From Squalus acanthias (taxonomy: Eukaryota): a stretch of 64,000 nt of DNA. Below are positions 62,373 to 64,000 of the stretch, in pieces. A program made the translations under genes and the position numbers. The stretch spans positions 2,728,001 to 2,792,000 of the forward strand of contig CM059432.1 in the NCBI GenBank assembly GCA_030390025.1, written 5' to 3'. The notes beneath the pieces were generated by a model, which saw nothing but the letters and a program-made list of their open reading frames with translations, ran no database searches and was not told the DNA's origin. How positions within the stretch are numbered: position 1 is the first letter of the stretch; the number at the start of each line of letters is the position of its first letter.

Positions 62373-63299
62373 ACATAGGTAGAAACAGGAGTAGGTCATT
62401 CAGCCCCTCCACCCTGCACTATTTCGAAGAGGAGAATAGGGCCTTCTCCCCGGTGTCCAGGCCAATATTTATCTCTAAAACACTTCACATTGCAGTTTGT
62501 GGGAGCTTGCTGTGCACAAATTGGCTGCCGCGTTTCCTACGTGACAACAGTGACTACACTTCAAAAGTACTTCATTGGCTGTAAAGCGCTTTGGGACATC
62601 CTGAGATTGTGAAAGGCGCTATGGAAATTGCAAGTCTTTCTTTCTATCAGTAACGGGTAACATAACGAAGTCTATTGTGAGGGACAGGCTGGAGGAGTCC
62701 AACAGATACATAGCAAAGACATGGTCAACAGCAGTTTAGGAAGGAATGGCCTTTCTTGACGAGCCTCTTTAACTTAACTTTGAGAAAGTTGCCAATAAAA
62801 CAGATAGTGGCACTCCCTGTGCTATAGCTTTCCACACCCAGTATTTACTTTACAAAGCCGCTGTGTTGCTGTTTCAAACTGTCAACGGGTGGTAAGAAAG
62901 TCCACGGGACATGGAAAAGGAACCAGCCCTACTCCAGAAACACACTTAGAAGACTGAGGAAGATGTGTTTGGATCTGCCTAAAAAAACAGAGCAACTAGA
63001 TGTAAAAGTCAAGTGCTTTTTTTTTCCCATTCATTCACGGAATGTGGGCGTCGCTGGCAAGGCCAGCGTTTTTGCCCATCCCCAATCGCCCCAGTGCAAA
63101 GCTACTAACCACTTTCAGTGAGAAGGAAGTGGTTTAGGAGCTGATTTAATAGATGTTCCAACACGAGCAAGAGCATTAAAGGGCAATTGGTGGGAAGAAT
63201 TGCAGAATGTGAATGAGATTGGGAGAATCCAGGAAAATGGTGATGGGGAGGGGGAAGGCAGTTAAAGTGTGGAGCTGTTGAAGCCACGATTGCATTGAA

Positions 63300-63915
63300 T
63301 TACACAGAATGTACAGCCCAACTGCTCCGTGCCGGTGTTTCTGCTCCACACGAGCCTCCTCCCACCCCTCTTCATCTCACCCTATCAGCATATCCTTCTA
63401 TTCCTCCCTCCCTCATGTGTTTATCTAGCCTCCCCTTAAATGCATCTGTGCTATTCGCCTCAACCACTCCCTGTGATAGCGAGTTCCACATTCTCACCAC
63501 TCTCTGGGTAAAGAACTTTCTCCTGAACTCCCTACTGGATTTATTAGTGACTATCTTATATTGATGGCCCCTAGTTCTGGTCTCCCCCGCAAGTGGAGAC
63601 ATCTTCTCTACGTCCACCCTGTCGAACCCTTTCATAATTTTAAAGACCTCTATCAGGTCACCCCTCAGCCTTCTCTTATCTAGAGAAAAGAGCCCCAGCC
63701 TGTTCAATCTTTCCTGATGGGTATAACTTCGGGGGGAGTGGGATGAGTTGAGGTGCTCTTGCAGAGAGCCGGCACGGGCTCGACGGGCCAAATGGCCTCC
63801 TTCTGTACTGTAACCATTCTATGATTCTAACCTCTCAGTTCTGGTATCAACCTTGTAAATCTTTTTTGCATCTTCTCCATTGACTCAATATCCTTTTTTT
63901 GAAATATTCAGACCA
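63300..63915 (-). mobile_element. CR1 3' part with an opposite-strand CR1 tail nested at about 63730-63828
   Basis: ERLNRLGLFSLDKRRLRGDLIEVFK...FFTQRVVRMWNSL. Confidence 0.87.
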
Positions 63916-64000
63916 AAAGGGTGAAGAATGCCCACAATAAAGGTCACGAGATAATTATGAATGAGGGAACCAGTCGGCCTATCCATGCAGAGATGGCCGA

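Noticed and set aside
52900..64000. A downstream neighbouring gene
   Set aside because: Only repeats and unassigned sequence were seen; no exon could be supported.

Overview
This is vertebrate nuclear DNA, most likely from a shark or other cartilaginous fish (inferred from the repeat repertoire). It holds the 3' end of a TFIID subunit 4 gene on the + strand, most likely TAF4B. Three coding exons (5495-5551, 9664-9783, 48629-48793) have canonical AG/GT sites and phase-0 joins, and splice to the conserved TAF4 C-terminal region. The last intron is 38,845 bp, and an AU-rich putative 3' UTR runs to about 52.7 kb. Most of the rest is transposon debris: many 5'-truncated CR1 and L2 LINEs, a third LINE family, two tRNA-derived SINE families that each share a 3' tail with a LINE, and a hAT-type MITE family with 8-bp target-site duplications (TSDs). 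There are also two Penelope-like remnants with minimal hammerhead ribozyme cores, decayed Harbinger transposase and RTE endonuclease relics, a candidate solo LTR and two minisatellites. I found no intact autonomous element, CRISPR array or clearly new gene system. Repeat boundaries are approximate unless a TSD is quoted, and family names come from recalled consensus motifs, not database searches.
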